A stretch of 45,901 nucleotides of DNA from Escherichia phage vB_EcoS_Zar3M. Of the stretch, positions 27,312 through 36,239 are shown one piece after another. The position numbers and the translations under genes are program-made. Positions within the stretch are counted from its first letter, which is position 1, and the number at the start of each line of letters is the position of its first letter. The notes under the pieces were generated by a model that was not told the origin of the DNA, searched no databases, and worked only from the letters and a program-made list of their open reading frames with translations. Location: the sequence record NC_073065.1; one strand, written 5' to 3'.

Positions 27312-29135
27312 ATGGCAGCGGGCACACTATCCGTAACGAATAACAGCAAGGCGGTTGTAGGGGTCGGGACAACGTTTACCGCGTTTAACGCTGGCGACTT
27401 CTTAACGCTGGTGGTAGGGCAAGTCCCCTACACCGTAGCAATCGCGTCCGTTGAAAGCGAAACCGCGCTTACGCTGGTGTTACCGTTCGACGGCCCAACG
27501 GCAACCGGCCTTGCGTGGGATGGCGTTAAGCGCGATACCATGTCACTGGCGACGATGGGCGTAACCGTACAGGCACAGAAAGCATTGCGCTTGATGCTTG
27601 CAGATGAAAACAACTGGCGTGCAATCTTCGGCGACGCTGAAGAAATAACCGTGACGTTGCCTAACGGGCAGGTAATGCAGGGTATGTCATGGGGATATCT
27701 GTCGCAGTTGATGAAACAGGTCGACCCAGTTGAGATGCGCAACCTGCAACAGCAAGCCGCCGCATCTGAAGCAGCCGCGCAGGGATACCGGAACGAGGCC
27801 GAAGGCTTCAAGACCGAGACGGCGGGCATTCGCGACGCCACCAATCAGATTAAGGCGGATACGCAGGCGATCCACGACGCCACTAATACCATCAAGACGC
27901 AGACTGACCTGATTAAGACTGATACTCAGGCCATCAAGGACCAGACGAACCAGATCAAGACTGACACCGGCGTTATTCGTGACGAAGCCAATATGGCGAA
28001 GACTGACGCGCAGGCCGCCAGCGCTGCCGCGCAGGGATTTCGCGATCAGGCCGAAGAATGGGCGCAAAGCGTAAACCCCGACAATCTGCTAACCAAATCC
28101 GGCAACCTCGCCGGGCTTGCGGACAAAAGTGCGTCGTGGGCTAACCTTATGCCGTCAGGACCGCTTCGCGTAGGTGCGGACCCCGTAAACACCCTGGACG
28201 CTGCGACTAAAGGGTGGGTGTGGCGCGGTCTTGATGACGTGGGGCTTTGGGGTTTACGCAATAACTACGCTTCAGAACCCGCAGGGGGTGCAGAAGTATA
28301 CGGCGGGCGCTTTGACTCCTCTGTGAACGTCGCAGGGACCGAAAAATACAGAATGTCGATACAGCTTCAGGGGCGTAATAACGTAGACGCCTGGACACGT
28401 TTGGCGACCGCTGACGTCCGCAGCATGGCGAACGCGGCGACGTGGGACTTTAAATATGATGGCAAGATTATTTTCAATAAGGGATTGAGTCCATCGTCCA
28501 CCTCGGCGTCGCCAGGTAATACCTACGTAACCCTTGCGAATACATGGATGGACAGCCAATACTCGGGACACGTCGGCTTTGTTGGAGGCGGGGCGGGGAC
28601 GAGTGGTGGCGGGTGGCGTAACTTTATTTCGTTCGGCGCGCTGATCCACCCGCCCACCGGTAACTCGCACCCCCATGCTATGATTGCGCAGGTCTTTGAT
28701 TATGATTTGGCGTCCGGGACACAGCCTAACGGCGATAGCGTTCGAAACACTACATTCAACCCCGAAGCATACGATATCACCTTCGGCAACAACTTAGGGA
28801 CTGTTAACTATATTTTCGCAAAGTCCCCGGTATCCGATAGGGCGCTGAAGCATGATATCGCCCGGATCGATACTCAAGTTGCGTACGATAACGTTATGAC
28901 TATGGAGTACTCGTCCTTTGTTTATAACTACGACAAAAAAGAGACGGTTAGACGTGGTTTTATCGCGCAGCAGTTGGAAGAGATCGACCCGCAGTATGTC
29001 CGCAAGTACACCAACGCAACCGGTAAAGAGTTTCTGGCATTAGATGAAAACGTCCTACTACTTGACCTAATCGCGACTGTTCAGCATTTGGCGGCGAAGG
29101 TTGAGGCGTTAGAAAGTAAGTTAGCGGAGAAATGA
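27312..29135 (+). CDS. tail fibre protein with C-terminal intramolecular chaperone (peptidase S74-like) domain
   Basis: ATG at 27312 with AGGA RBS; coiled-coil heptad-like repeats (IKADTQAIHDATNTIKTQTDLIKTDTQAIKDQTNQIKTDTGVIRDEANMAKTDAQ); C-terminus DRALKHDIARIDTQVAYDNVMTMEYSSFVYNY...GFIAQQLEEIDPQYV typical of auto-cleaving chaperone domains. Confidence 0.75.
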   Translation: MAAGTLSVTNNSKAVVGVGTTFTAFNAGDFLTLVVGQVPYTVAIASVESETALTLVLPFDGPTATGLAWDGVKRDTMSLATMGVTVQAQKALRLMLADENNWRAIFGDAEEITVTLPNGQVMQGMSWGYLSQLMKQVDPVEMRNLQQQAAASEAAAQGYRNEAEGFKTETAGIRDATNQIKADTQAIHDATNTIKTQTDLIKTDTQAIKDQTNQIKTDTGVIRDEANMAKTDAQAASAAAQGFRDQAEEWAQSVNPDNLLTKSGNLAGLADKSASWANLMPSGPLRVGADPVNTLDAATKGWVWRGLDDVGLWGLRNNYASEPAGGAEVYGGRFDSSVNVAGTEKYRMSIQLQGRNNVDAWTRLATADVRSMANAATWDFKYDGKIIFNKGLSPSSTSASPGNTYVTLANTWMDSQYSGHVGFVGGGAGTSGGGWRNFISFGALIHPPTGNSHPHAMIAQVFDYDLASGTQPNGDSVRNTTFNPEAYDITFGNNLGTVNYIFAKSPVSDRALKHDIARIDTQVAYDNVMTMEYSSFVYNYDKKETVRRGFIAQQLEEIDPQYVRKYTNATGKEFLALDENVLLLDLIATVQHLAAKVEALESKLAEK

Positions 29136-29140
29136 GAATA

Positions 29141-29164
29141 AGGGGCCATACGGCCCCTTTTTTA
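29141..29164. terminator. bidirectional intrinsic terminator between late (+) and replication (-) operons
   Basis: AGGGGCC-ATAC-GGCCCCT followed by TTTTTT; convergent stops on both sides. Confidence 0.65.
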
Positions 29165-29737
29165 GTTTGAGTTTTCCCAGTCCATTTTGCGCCGCACCAG
29201 CGGGCTTTCAAAGTATTCCTTGCCCTCAACTTCCACCAAAGGCCAGTCGTTCACAATCACGTACGGCTCCGCGATATCCTCAATCACGCCGTGCGCGCTT
29301 TGCGGCCCTAACGACACACCAACCAGGATAACCCCGGCAACTCGACGAGTGAGATACTCGCGAGCGCAACGTGCCTCAACCAGCCCCCTACGGATGCCGC
29401 TGGTGGCCTTAACCTCGTACGCCCAAACGGCATCAATCATATGTTCCCGGAAGTCGGGACCAGACTTTACCTTGCGTTTGCCGACCATGATAATATCGCC
29501 GCGGTCGATAGTGTTAGCGCTAAACAGGCCGGTACGCATTAGCAAACCTTGAGGGATACAGCTACGCCCGCCCGCCTGCCCTTCTAGGTACATGCCCGCA
29601 AACATCTCACCCAGCACACCTACAAGGCGGCTTTGTTTGCACGCGTCAGACTTTAAGCGCCACTGTTCAAACTCTATGCTTGCGATCATTGCTGCGAGGT
29701 GGAATTGTTTACCGGTTATTTCATATTCGCCGTACAT
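29162..29737 (-). CDS. hypothetical protein, possible PD-(D/E)XK nuclease
   Basis: GPDF...(18 aa)...YEVKA resembles a PD-(D/E)xK core; weak assignment. Confidence 0.35.
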   Translation of the reverse strand: MYGEYEITGKQFHLAAMIASIEFEQWRLKSDACKQSRLVGVLGEMFAGMYLEGQAGGRSCIPQGLLMRTGLFSANTIDRGDIIMVGKRKVKSGPDFREHMIDAVWAYEVKATSGIRRGLVEARCAREYLTRRVAGVILVGVSLGPQSAHGVIEDIAEPYVIVNDWPLVEVEGKEYFESPLVRRKMDWENSN

Positions 29738-29778
29738 TGTGAATCCCTCATTGATGCGGGCCGAAGCCCGCGATTAAA

Positions 29779-30231
29779 TTATTTAAGTGCGCCAGTCACC
29801 AGTGTTTTTTCCATGTTGCGGAAATCTTCCGGCGTCATGAGGATTTTGGACCCATCTTCGCCGGTGAGCACGACCATAGGCCGGGCGTCTTGATCTGCGG
29901 TGGGGCAACCTTTGAGGCTTTCAAACTGTTCTGCCGTTGTGTCGATCTGAATCTCGTCATGCACGGGCATGTAAGACTCGCCCAGCAGGGAGGCATACGC
30001 CACCAGGTCCACGATGTTATCTTCCTGGTGCTTACGGTGCTGTCGCACCAGCTTCAGGCAGATCAGGAAGGTCCAGGCTTCTTGCTCGGTCAGGTCGCGA
30101 CCGGTAAGCGCGTTAAACACGGCAGCGATTTGCTTAGCGCTGCGTTCCTCTTTCGCGTTGTCATAGCCGTTTTCTTTTCCGCGCTGTTCCATAGTGGTGG
30201 CGGCGTTTTTGCAGTATTCGTATGCTTTCAT
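29779..30231 (-). CDS. hypothetical protein (150 aa), all-alpha acidic
   Basis: Intact ORF with AAAAAGGAAAACACCATG start context; upstream promoter-like box with palindrome GCAACCAATTTATTGGCTGC. Confidence 0.45.
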   Translation of the reverse strand: MKAYEYCKNAATTMEQRGKENGYDNAKEERSAKQIAAVFNALTGRDLTEQEAWTFLICLKLVRQHRKHQEDNIVDLVAYASLLGESYMPVHDEIQIDTTAEQFESLKGCPTADQDARPMVVLTGEDGSKILMTPEDFRNMEKTLVTGALK

Positions 30232-30294
30232 GGTGTTTTCCTTTTTCGGGGAGGCCGTATTGCCTCCCTGCGCGTTAACTATAGTGCAACCAAT

Positions 30295-30765
30295 TTATTG
30301 GCTGCAAGTGAATTTTGCAACGTTTATTGCGTAAATATTCGGGACCAGATCNNTGNNCGCCCGACGAATTGCCGCGATGTTCTTCTCGCAATCTTCAATG
30401 ATGACCAGTTCCGACACGTCCGCATAGCAGACCATTTTGAACACGGCGCACGCCTTAAACTCAGGCGGTGGGGTGTCGTCCAGCATGTGGCGCATAAACA
30501 ACCGACCGACAGGGAAGACCTCCAGTTGCTCGGCGGTAGTCTCCCAGCATTCTCGCTGCCGGTTTGTCAGATACGCGATCTCGAAGCCTTGCTCTTTATA
30601 CATGCTCAACAGCGGCAGCATATCCATGTTAAGGTCTTCGCGTACGTGCGCTTTGTGCCACTTCGCCCAAAATGTTGATTTGGTTTTTATACCTGGAACC
30701 AGGTCGGCGCGTGCATCACTCGAACCATTAATAACGCCATCAAGATCACAAATCAGTAGTTTTAT
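30295..30765 (-). CDS. HAD-superfamily hydrolase (phosphatase/nucleotidase-like), non-ATG start
   Basis: HAD motif I KLLICDLDGVI lies 46 codons upstream of the first ATG (30627); motif II IAYLTNRQ, motif IV-like IIEDCEKN; only in-frame start is ATA at 30763-30765 overlapping the upstream TAA. Confidence 0.5.
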   Translation of the reverse strand: MKLLICDLDGVINGSSDARADLVPGIKTKSTFWAKWHKAHVREDLNMDMLPLLSMYKEQGFEIAYLTNRQRECWETTAEQLEVFPVGRLFMRHMLDDTPPPEFKACAVFKMVCYADVSELVIIEDCEKNIAAIRRAXXDLVPNIYAINVAKFTCSQ

Positions 30766-30986
30766 TGTAAGCTCTCAATAAGGGTGTATCGGACGCTGCG
30801 CGCGGAAAACTTGTTACACACAAGATGCCAACGGGCGGTTATGACCAGCCAGCCGGTAAGATCCAGGCCCAGGATATATTCTGGACGTGACACGCGCTTC
30901 ACACGATCGCGGCGCGGGTCGATGTTATAGTCTATTTGCATTCGGACTACTACCGCAGGGTCGCGGTTAACGATTAAGATATTCAT
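30762..30986 (-). CDS. hypothetical protein (74 aa)
   Basis: Intact ORF between Dam and HAD genes; overlaps both. Confidence 0.4.
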   Translation of the reverse strand: MNILIVNRDPAVVVRMQIDYNIDPRRDRVKRVSRPEYILGLDLTGWLVITARWHLVCNKFSARSVRYTLIESLQ

Positions 30987-31452
30987 GTAGTACTCCTTCG
31001 CTCATTATTTCAATTCGTGCGCTGCCGATTGGCGGCGCTTCGTCAAAGATTATCAATTGCTGGCACTTGTTATTGCTCGGCCCGACTTCACCGGTGACAG
31101 CGTGTATAAATCTAATCCGCCAGTCCAGAAGAATTATCAGGTTTGCCGCCTTCCGGGCCAGCTTCGCCCACTTCGTCGACGTGTCCTGATTCAGTAGCAT
31201 GACAGTCTGGCGTCCGTGCGCCGCGCATTCCACCCACGGCAGCGGATCGGAATACGGCGGGTTGCACCACTTCCACCCTTTCAACTCTGCCCAGTCCACA
31301 TCAAGCGCGCTGTGCTCTGCCGTGAAGTAACGCGGTAGCAGATGATTGGCGTCGCTTGCCGCCATATCGTAACGGAATCGGTACTTCCGACGAAGCGGTT
31401 TAAATAAAGCTGGCGGCGTGCGCCAGCTATCTTTTTGCTTATTCTTCTGCAT
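30967..31452 (-). CDS. DNA N6-adenine methyltransferase (phage Dam-type)
   Basis: N-terminal WRTPPALF, DMAASDANHL and NPPY catalytic motif (WCNPPYSD), matching the small phage T1-type Dam family. Confidence 0.7.
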   Translation of the reverse strand: MQKNKQKDSWRTPPALFKPLRRKYRFRYDMAASDANHLLPRYFTAEHSALDVDWAELKGWKWCNPPYSDPLPWVECAAHGRQTVMLLNQDTSTKWAKLARKAANLIILLDWRIRFIHAVTGEVGPSNNKCQQLIIFDEAPPIGSARIEIMSEGVLHEYLNR

Positions 31453-31903
31453 GACCTGGATCTATCGCATAAAGTGGACTCTTATTGCCGGTTTTCATAA
31501 CGCGCTGGACGCGCTTTGACTCCTCGGCGCTCAGTTGGCGCGCATTCGTGTATAACCTGCCGTTTGTATGTATGCGCCACGCTATCAGCACCAGATCTTT
31601 CCGGTCGATCTTAGACTGGCGGCCCTTCGGTCGCACGTACGCCTCGGCCCGTTTGCAATGCTCGCGCAGACCTTCGGCAGTGATGCGGTTTAGTTGAACG
31701 GTGGTTGTGTACCCGGTGCGCTGCATAATACCCATCAACTCATACAGCAGTTCGAAGCGCTCCTCTAATTCCTTGCGCGCCTTCTCCTCGCCTTCATATC
31801 GCGCATGATAGGTGTCTGCCAGCGCGCTAACACGTTCGGCCTGTTCTCGGGCTTCGAGGCATTGCGCGGCCCAGTATGCTTTNTCGAAAAATAATGATCT
31901 CAT
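31439..31903 (-). CDS. hypothetical protein (154 aa)
   Basis: Listed ORF begins at TTG; likely true start is ATG at 31903 (GGAGACGACACATG). Helical, charged protein. Confidence 0.45.
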   Translation of the reverse strand: MRSLFFXKAYWAAQCLEAREQAERVSALADTYHARYEGEEKARKELEERFELLYELMGIMQRTGYTTTVQLNRITAEGLREHCKRAEAYVRPKGRQSKIDRKDLVLIAWRIHTNGRLYTNARQLSAEESKRVQRVMKTGNKSPLYAIDPGHAEE

Positions 31904-31990
31904 CGTGTCGTCTCCAGGTATTAAAAAAGGGCGTCCAAACCGGACACCCTCAATATAACGCAACCAATATGATTATGCAACCAATTTACG
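31904..31990 (-). promoter_or_regulatory. promoter-like region with two ATTGGTTGC motifs
   Basis: On - strand: CGTAAATTGGTTGCATAATCATATTGGTTGCGTTATATT then RBS; shares 17/18 nt (ATGCAACCAATTTACGA) with 27285-27302. Confidence 0.4.
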
Positions 31991-32303
31991 AATAAAAGTT
32001 CGGGTCGCGTGCGACGTCTACCAGGTAAAGGTTACTTATGCGGTTGCCGTAGTGCCCTGGAGTGCGCTGGCGGCACACAACGGCGAAGCCGGGAGGGATT
32101 GTATTGCCCGTCTCAATAATCCACGCGACGCGTGCGCCAGACAGCGTCTTTCCGTTGCATTCGATACGTGTTCCGCCATCGGCAGTATTGATGTTGCCAA
32201 TCTTGCAGCCGGTGGACTTCAGACGGATGACGCCGGTTTTGCTGTCGTAGGTGAATAGCTGGTTAGTCATTGCGACCGAAAAGTCGATGGCTTCGAATGT
32301 CAT
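31986..32303 (-). CDS. HNH endonuclease-like protein (intact copy)
   Basis: Pattern LFTYDSKTG...GKTLSGARVAWIIETG..IPPG...NRISNLYLV resembles HNH_3-type phage endonucleases, though the canonical DH dyad is not obvious; ATGA overlap with methyltransferase. Confidence 0.45.
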   Translation of the reverse strand: MTFEAIDFSVAMTNQLFTYDSKTGVIRLKSTGCKIGNINTADGGTRIECNGKTLSGARVAWIIETGNTIPPGFAVVCRQRTPGHYGNRISNLYLVDVARDPNFYS

Positions 32304-32995
32304 TTTAAATTTTCCTCGTTAACCGCTATCGCGAAGCCGCGCGGAGTGAGCGACCGGATTAATTTTGTGCGGGCTGATTTGCCTCCGAGGCGACTATACT
32401 GCTTCGAGTACCCTTTTTCAACGAAAACAGGTCTCTTCTCTGGCATACGGAAGCCGTTGCCGGTCCATAAGCAGGTCAGCTTCGGATATGAATCGCGAGC
32501 GTTGATGTATTCCGGGAAGAGCGGGTGTACGTCATCCTCCGGCAGATATCCCCCATACTCCCACGGGTCGAATGAGTGATCCGGCTTGCGCCACTGGGTG
32601 GAAAGCACACTGCGCGGATTCTCAATCATATATGGCACTTCAAAGAAGTCACCTAAGTAAGCGGCAATCTTCGCGGNGCGCACCGCCTTAAGCTGAAAGG
32701 CAGGGTCTTTAGCACGCTTGCGAGGGAAAGCGGGTGCACCGCTCACTGCCAGATCCGTACACGGCGGGAATGCATAAATGATATCCGGCGTGCCGAAATC
32801 ACCATTCATCGCGCGGTCCACGAAGTCCAGATCGATAAACTCATTACGATATCGGATACCGCGCCCATAAATCCGGTAGTCCAGGTACGAGCCGTGATCG
32901 GCTTCGGAGTAGTTGAAGCAATAACACTTATGCCCCATCTCGGCAGCACGCTCAATCATCAAGCCGCTGCCGTCGAATAATGACCAGATAATCAT
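32300..32995 (-). CDS. DNA (cytosine-5)-methyltransferase-like protein, copy 1
   Basis: Motif I-like SLFDGSG, PC motif AFPPCTDLAVSG, ENV-like MIENP; 231 aa (short for a C5-MTase). Confidence 0.6.
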   Translation of the reverse strand: MIIWSLFDGSGLMIERAAEMGHKCYCFNYSEADHGSYLDYRIYGRGIRYRNEFIDLDFVDRAMNGDFGTPDIIYAFPPCTDLAVSGAPAFPRKRAKDPAFQLKAVRXAKIAAYLGDFFEVPYMIENPRSVLSTQWRKPDHSFDPWEYGGYLPEDDVHPLFPEYINARDSYPKLTCLWTGNGFRMPEKRPVFVEKGYSKQYSRLGGKSARTKLIRSLTPRGFAIAVNEENLK

Positions 32996-33264
32996 ATGCG
33001 CGCCTTTTTAGCTTTCATGTATTCCATCAAGTCGTCCTGGATATCTCGCTTACTGTCTCGACGCTCTGCGACCAGTTCATCCAGTGTGCCGCGCGCCTGG
33101 ATAATGTAGACGAATACCGGACGAGGGTGTCCGGCTTGCATCTGGCGAACTGGCCCGATACGTTCAACTGCCCGTCTCAATAATCCACGCGACGCGTGCG
33201 CCAGACAGCGTCTTTCCGTTGCATTCGATACGTGTTCCGCCATCGGCAGTATTGATGTTGCCAA
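32992..33264 (-). pseudogene. helicase 3' fragment (duplication-derived ORF)
   Basis: C-terminal 57 aa identical to helicase C-terminus (ERIGPVRQMQAGHPRPVFVYIIQARG...KAKKARI); N-terminal part is out-of-frame junction sequence. Confidence 0.5.
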
Positions 33265-33367
33265 TCTTGCAGCCGGTGGACTTCAGACGGATGACGCCGG
33301 TTTTGCTGTCGTAGGTGAATAGCTGGTTAGTCATTGCGACCGAAAAGTCGATGGCTTCGAATGTCAT
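33164..33367 (-). pseudogene. truncated HNH endonuclease-like gene (duplication-derived)
   Basis: First 66 aa identical to 31986..32303, truncated at the duplication junction and lacking the NRISNL region. Confidence 0.5.
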
Positions 33368-34059
33368 TTTAAATTTTCCTCGTTAACCGCTATCGCGAAG
33401 CCGCGCGGAGTGAGCGACCGGATTAATTTTGTGCGGGCTGATTTGCCTCCGAGGCGACTATACTGCTTCGAGTACCCTTTTTCAACGAAAACAGGTCTCT
33501 TCTCTGGCATACGGAAGCCGTTGCCGGTCCATAAGCAGGTCAGCTTCGGATATGAATCGCGAGCGTTGATGTATTCCGGGAAGAGCGGGTGTACGTCATC
33601 CTCCGGCAGATATCCCCCATACTCCCACGGGTCGAATGAGTGATCCGGCTTGCGCCACTGGGTGGAAAGCACACTGCGCGGATTCTCAATCATATATGGC
33701 ACTTCAAAGAAGTCACCTAAGTAAGCGGCAATCTTCGCGGNGCGCACCGCCTTAAGCTGAAAGGCAGGGTCTTTAGCACGCTTGCGAGGGAAAGCGGGTG
33801 CACCGCTCACTGCCAGATCCGTACACGGCGGGAATGCATAAATGATATCCGGCGTGCCGAAATCACCATTCATCGCGCGGTCCACGAAGTCCAGATCGAT
33901 AAACTCATTACGATATCGGATACCGCGCCCATAAATCCGGTAGTCCAGGTACGAGCCGTGATCGGCTTCGGAGTAGTTGAAGCAATAACACTTATGCCCC
34001 ATCTCGGCAGCACGCTCAATCATCAAGCCGCTGCCGTCGAATAATGACCAGATAATCAT
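33364..34059 (-). CDS. DNA (cytosine-5)-methyltransferase-like protein, copy 2
   Basis: Identical to 32300..32995; ATGA overlap with full-length helicase stop. Confidence 0.6.
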   Translation of the reverse strand: MIIWSLFDGSGLMIERAAEMGHKCYCFNYSEADHGSYLDYRIYGRGIRYRNEFIDLDFVDRAMNGDFGTPDIIYAFPPCTDLAVSGAPAFPRKRAKDPAFQLKAVRXAKIAAYLGDFFEVPYMIENPRSVLSTQWRKPDHSFDPWEYGGYLPEDDVHPLFPEYINARDSYPKLTCLWTGNGFRMPEKRPVFVEKGYSKQYSRLGGKSARTKLIRSLTPRGFAIAVNEENLK

Positions 34060-35480
34060 ATGCGCGCCTTTTTAGCTTTCATGTATTCCATCAAGTCGTC
34101 CTGGATATCTCGCTTACTGTCTCGACGCTCTGCGACCAGTTCATCCAGTGTGCCGCGCGCCTGGATAATGTAGACGAATACCGGACGAGGGTGTCCGGCT
34201 TGCATCTGGCGAACTGGCCCGATACGTTCAACGATCTGCGAAAAGTGCTCAAAGTTCCAGGTATCGGNGAAGATTGCCNGGNGNTGTCCTCCGTCCTGCA
34301 AGTTAAGGCCGTGGCCTGCCGATGCCGGGTGTGCAAACATGATGGGGATCTCGCCTCTGTTCCACGCTTCCATATCCTTATTGCCCTGCTTACCTTTACC
34401 CAACGCAACGCCGTGCGGAAATTTCTTCTTAAGACGTGCCAGGTCATGCTTGTACTGATACGCAACGAGCAACGGCGCACCGTTCAACTCCTCCACGATA
34501 CTTTCCAGCGCGTCCAGCTTCGCGTCGTGAATCTTCACCCACTCGTCGGTCCGTTCGCCGTCTTCGTCCACCTTATACACGGCACCGGACGCAAGCTGAA
34601 GGCACTTGATGGTCTTCGACGCAGCGTTCGCCGCCTCTACGGTCCCGCTTTCCAGTTCTGCAAATAGCTCCGCTTCAAACTGATCGTAAATCTTGCGGGC
34701 TTTCTTCGGCAGGTCCACAACAACCGGCGTATAGATTGGCTTGTCGCATCCGAAGTATTCAGCCGCGTCAACGGTTAGTGATACGTCAGACAGGCGTTGT
34801 TGTATTTCTTTCTCGGAGTTCTTTAGCGGAGCGTGCTGCATCGTGAAGCTGCCAGGCTTAACAGGCTTGCTAATGAACCAGCGATCGGTGAATGCCTTAT
34901 AGCTACTGCCGAGGCGTTCGCCACCGTCGACAAACCACGTCTGACCCCATAAGTCTTTCAGCCCGTTTGGTGCTGGTGTGCCTGTAAGGTTAATCCAGCG
35001 CTTGACGTGTTTATGTGCAATCGCTGCCAGTGCGCGGGCGCGCTTGCTCCCCTGCTTGCTACGATAGCCTTTCAGCTTAGTCGATTCATCGGCAACAACG
35101 ACCGTAAAGGGCCACGCATCGCCGTAATATTCGACCAGCCACTCGACCACATCGTAGTTAACACAAACCACGTTAGCGTCGCTATCAAGCGCGGCAATAC
35201 GGTCCTTCTCCGGTCCGGTGCCGTCTACGACCAGCAGGGNTGAGAACCNCCATTTCTCCTGTTCCGGGGGCCATGTACCCGACGCAACACGCAGCGGGGC
35301 CAGCACCAGTACGCGGTCCTCATGATGGGACAGGATGCCAGTCTGGAACATTTTGTTCAGCGCCCACATTGTCGCGCCGGTTTTACCCGACCCCATTGTC
35401 GCCCAGATATTGCATCGCTTATGCTTGAGGATGAACGCGGTAATCAACTTCTGATATTCGCGGCGTCGGAATCGTGCCAT
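34056..35480 (-). CDS. SNF2/DEAD-like superfamily 2 helicase
   Basis: Walker A MGSGKTG, DEAH-like VVVADEST, C-terminal helicase domain; likely start is ATG at 35480 (MARFRRREYQ), not the upstream listed start. Confidence 0.75.
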   Translation of the reverse strand: MARFRRREYQKLITAFILKHKRCNIWATMGSGKTGATMWALNKMFQTGILSHHEDRVLVLAPLRVASGTWPPEQEKWXFSXLLVVDGTGPEKDRIAALDSDANVVCVNYDVVEWLVEYYGDAWPFTVVVADESTKLKGYRSKQGSKRARALAAIAHKHVKRWINLTGTPAPNGLKDLWGQTWFVDGGERLGSSYKAFTDRWFISKPVKPGSFTMQHAPLKNSEKEIQQRLSDVSLTVDAAEYFGCDKPIYTPVVVDLPKKARKIYDQFEAELFAELESGTVEAANAASKTIKCLQLASGAVYKVDEDGERTDEWVKIHDAKLDALESIVEELNGAPLLVAYQYKHDLARLKKKFPHGVALGKGKQGNKDMEAWNRGEIPIMFAHPASAGHGLNLQDGGXXXAIFXDTWNFEHFSQIVERIGPVRQMQAGHPRPVFVYIIQARGTLDELVAERRDSKRDIQDDLMEYMKAKKARI

Positions 35481-35484
35481 GTCT

Positions 35485-35703
35485 TTATTCCGCCTTTTTC
35501 CAGACTTCGGTTTCACTGTTCCAGTTCCTTTTTGTGGCGTCGTAGTTGGTGGCGTGTCCGATGTGGACACCGGTAGCCCGGAAGCTCTTAAATTTTTGCC
35601 AGCACACCGTCAACGGCAGCGGATCATTCATGCCCGCGATAAACCATACGCGATCGCCCGGTTTACATTCGCCCAGCTTGGTGAGTCGGTAATGTTCTTT
35701 CAT
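35485..35703 (-). CDS. hypothetical protein (72 aa)
   Basis: ATG with GGGAGA RBS right after a terminator-like hairpin; stop 5 nt before helicase start. Confidence 0.4.
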   Translation of the reverse strand: MKEHYRLTKLGECKPGDRVWFIAGMNDPLPLTVCWQKFKSFRATGVHIGHATNYDATKRNWNSETEVWKKAE

Positions 35704-35721
35704 CGTCATGTCTCCCAAAAA

Positions 35722-35745
35722 TGGCGGGACAAGCCCGCCGTATTA
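35722..35745 (-). terminator. terminator-like hairpin (- strand)
   Basis: On - strand GGCGGGC-TTGT-CCCGCC followed by ATTTTT, just after the stop of 35747..35920. Confidence 0.4.
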
Positions 35746-35746
35746 A

Positions 35747-35920
35747 TTATTTTTGTTCTGCACGGTAGCGGCGCTGCCGTTCGCGCTCTTTCTTATTGCG
35801 GCACGATTTGCACTCTGCCCGATACCCGTCTGGACTGCGCGCAGTCTTACCGGTGTATTTGTGGAACTGGGATAGCGGCTTTACACAGCCGCAATTACTA
35901 CAACGTTTTTCTTCAATCAT
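35747..35920 (-). CDS. small zinc-ribbon protein (57 aa)
   Basis: ATG at 35920 with AGGA RBS; Cys4 pattern CSNCGC...CKSC and basic C-terminus; the longer listed ORF has a hydrophobic non-coding-like N-extension. Confidence 0.4.
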   Translation of the reverse strand: MIEEKRCSNCGCVKPLSQFHKYTGKTARSPDGYRAECKSCRNKKERERQRRYRAEQK

Positions 35921-35960
35921 CTCTAAAATCCTCGATATGGCTAACCGGCACACTATACCG

Positions 35961-36239
35961 TTATGCGACCAATTCAGCAACCAATAAATCGCAGTCGGAT
36001 ATGTTGTCGATAACGCGAACGTCAGCACCGCGGCGGGCCATTCGCTCATGTTCACGTACCTGGTGCGGCTTCGGTTTTCCTCCGGGGCGCTTCACTTCGA
36101 CGAACACTATTTTGCCGTTGATGATAATAATCAGGTCGGGCGCACCCGCGCGCCCCTCCCATGCCAGTTTGCGGCAGAATCCGCCTACCTCTTTCACCCG
36201 TCGCTTCAGGTGACTTTGAATCTTGCCCTCTGGTGTCAT
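35961..36239 (-). CDS. VRR-NUC domain nuclease
   Basis: Motif GAPDLIIIINGKIVFVEVKRPGG (PD...E-V-K); start at 36239 or at 36311 overlapping polymerase 3' end. Confidence 0.6.
   Translation of the reverse strand: MTPEGKIQSHLKRRVKEVGGFCRKLAWEGRAGAPDLIIIINGKIVFVEVKRPGGKPKPHQVREHERMARRGADVRVIDNISDCDLLVAELVA

Larger units (their letters stand above)
32105..34232. repeat. perfect tandem direct duplication, 2 x 1064 bp (32105-33168 and 33169-34232)
   Basis: Read directly: ORFs 32300..32995 and 33364..34059 are identical (231 aa), offset exactly 1064 bp, n at the same relative position; junction at 33168/33169 joins helicase 3' sequence GATACGTTCAAC to TGCCCGTCTC. Confidence 0.85.

Noticed and set aside
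31904-31963. Listed start of ORF 31439..31963, and similarly 9511 for the Rz-like ORF and 26990 for ORF 26691..26990
   Set aside because: These listed starts are TTG codons without RBS; in-frame ATG or GTG starts with good Shine-Dalgarno sequences lie downstream (31903, 9541, 26969), so shorter gene models were used.
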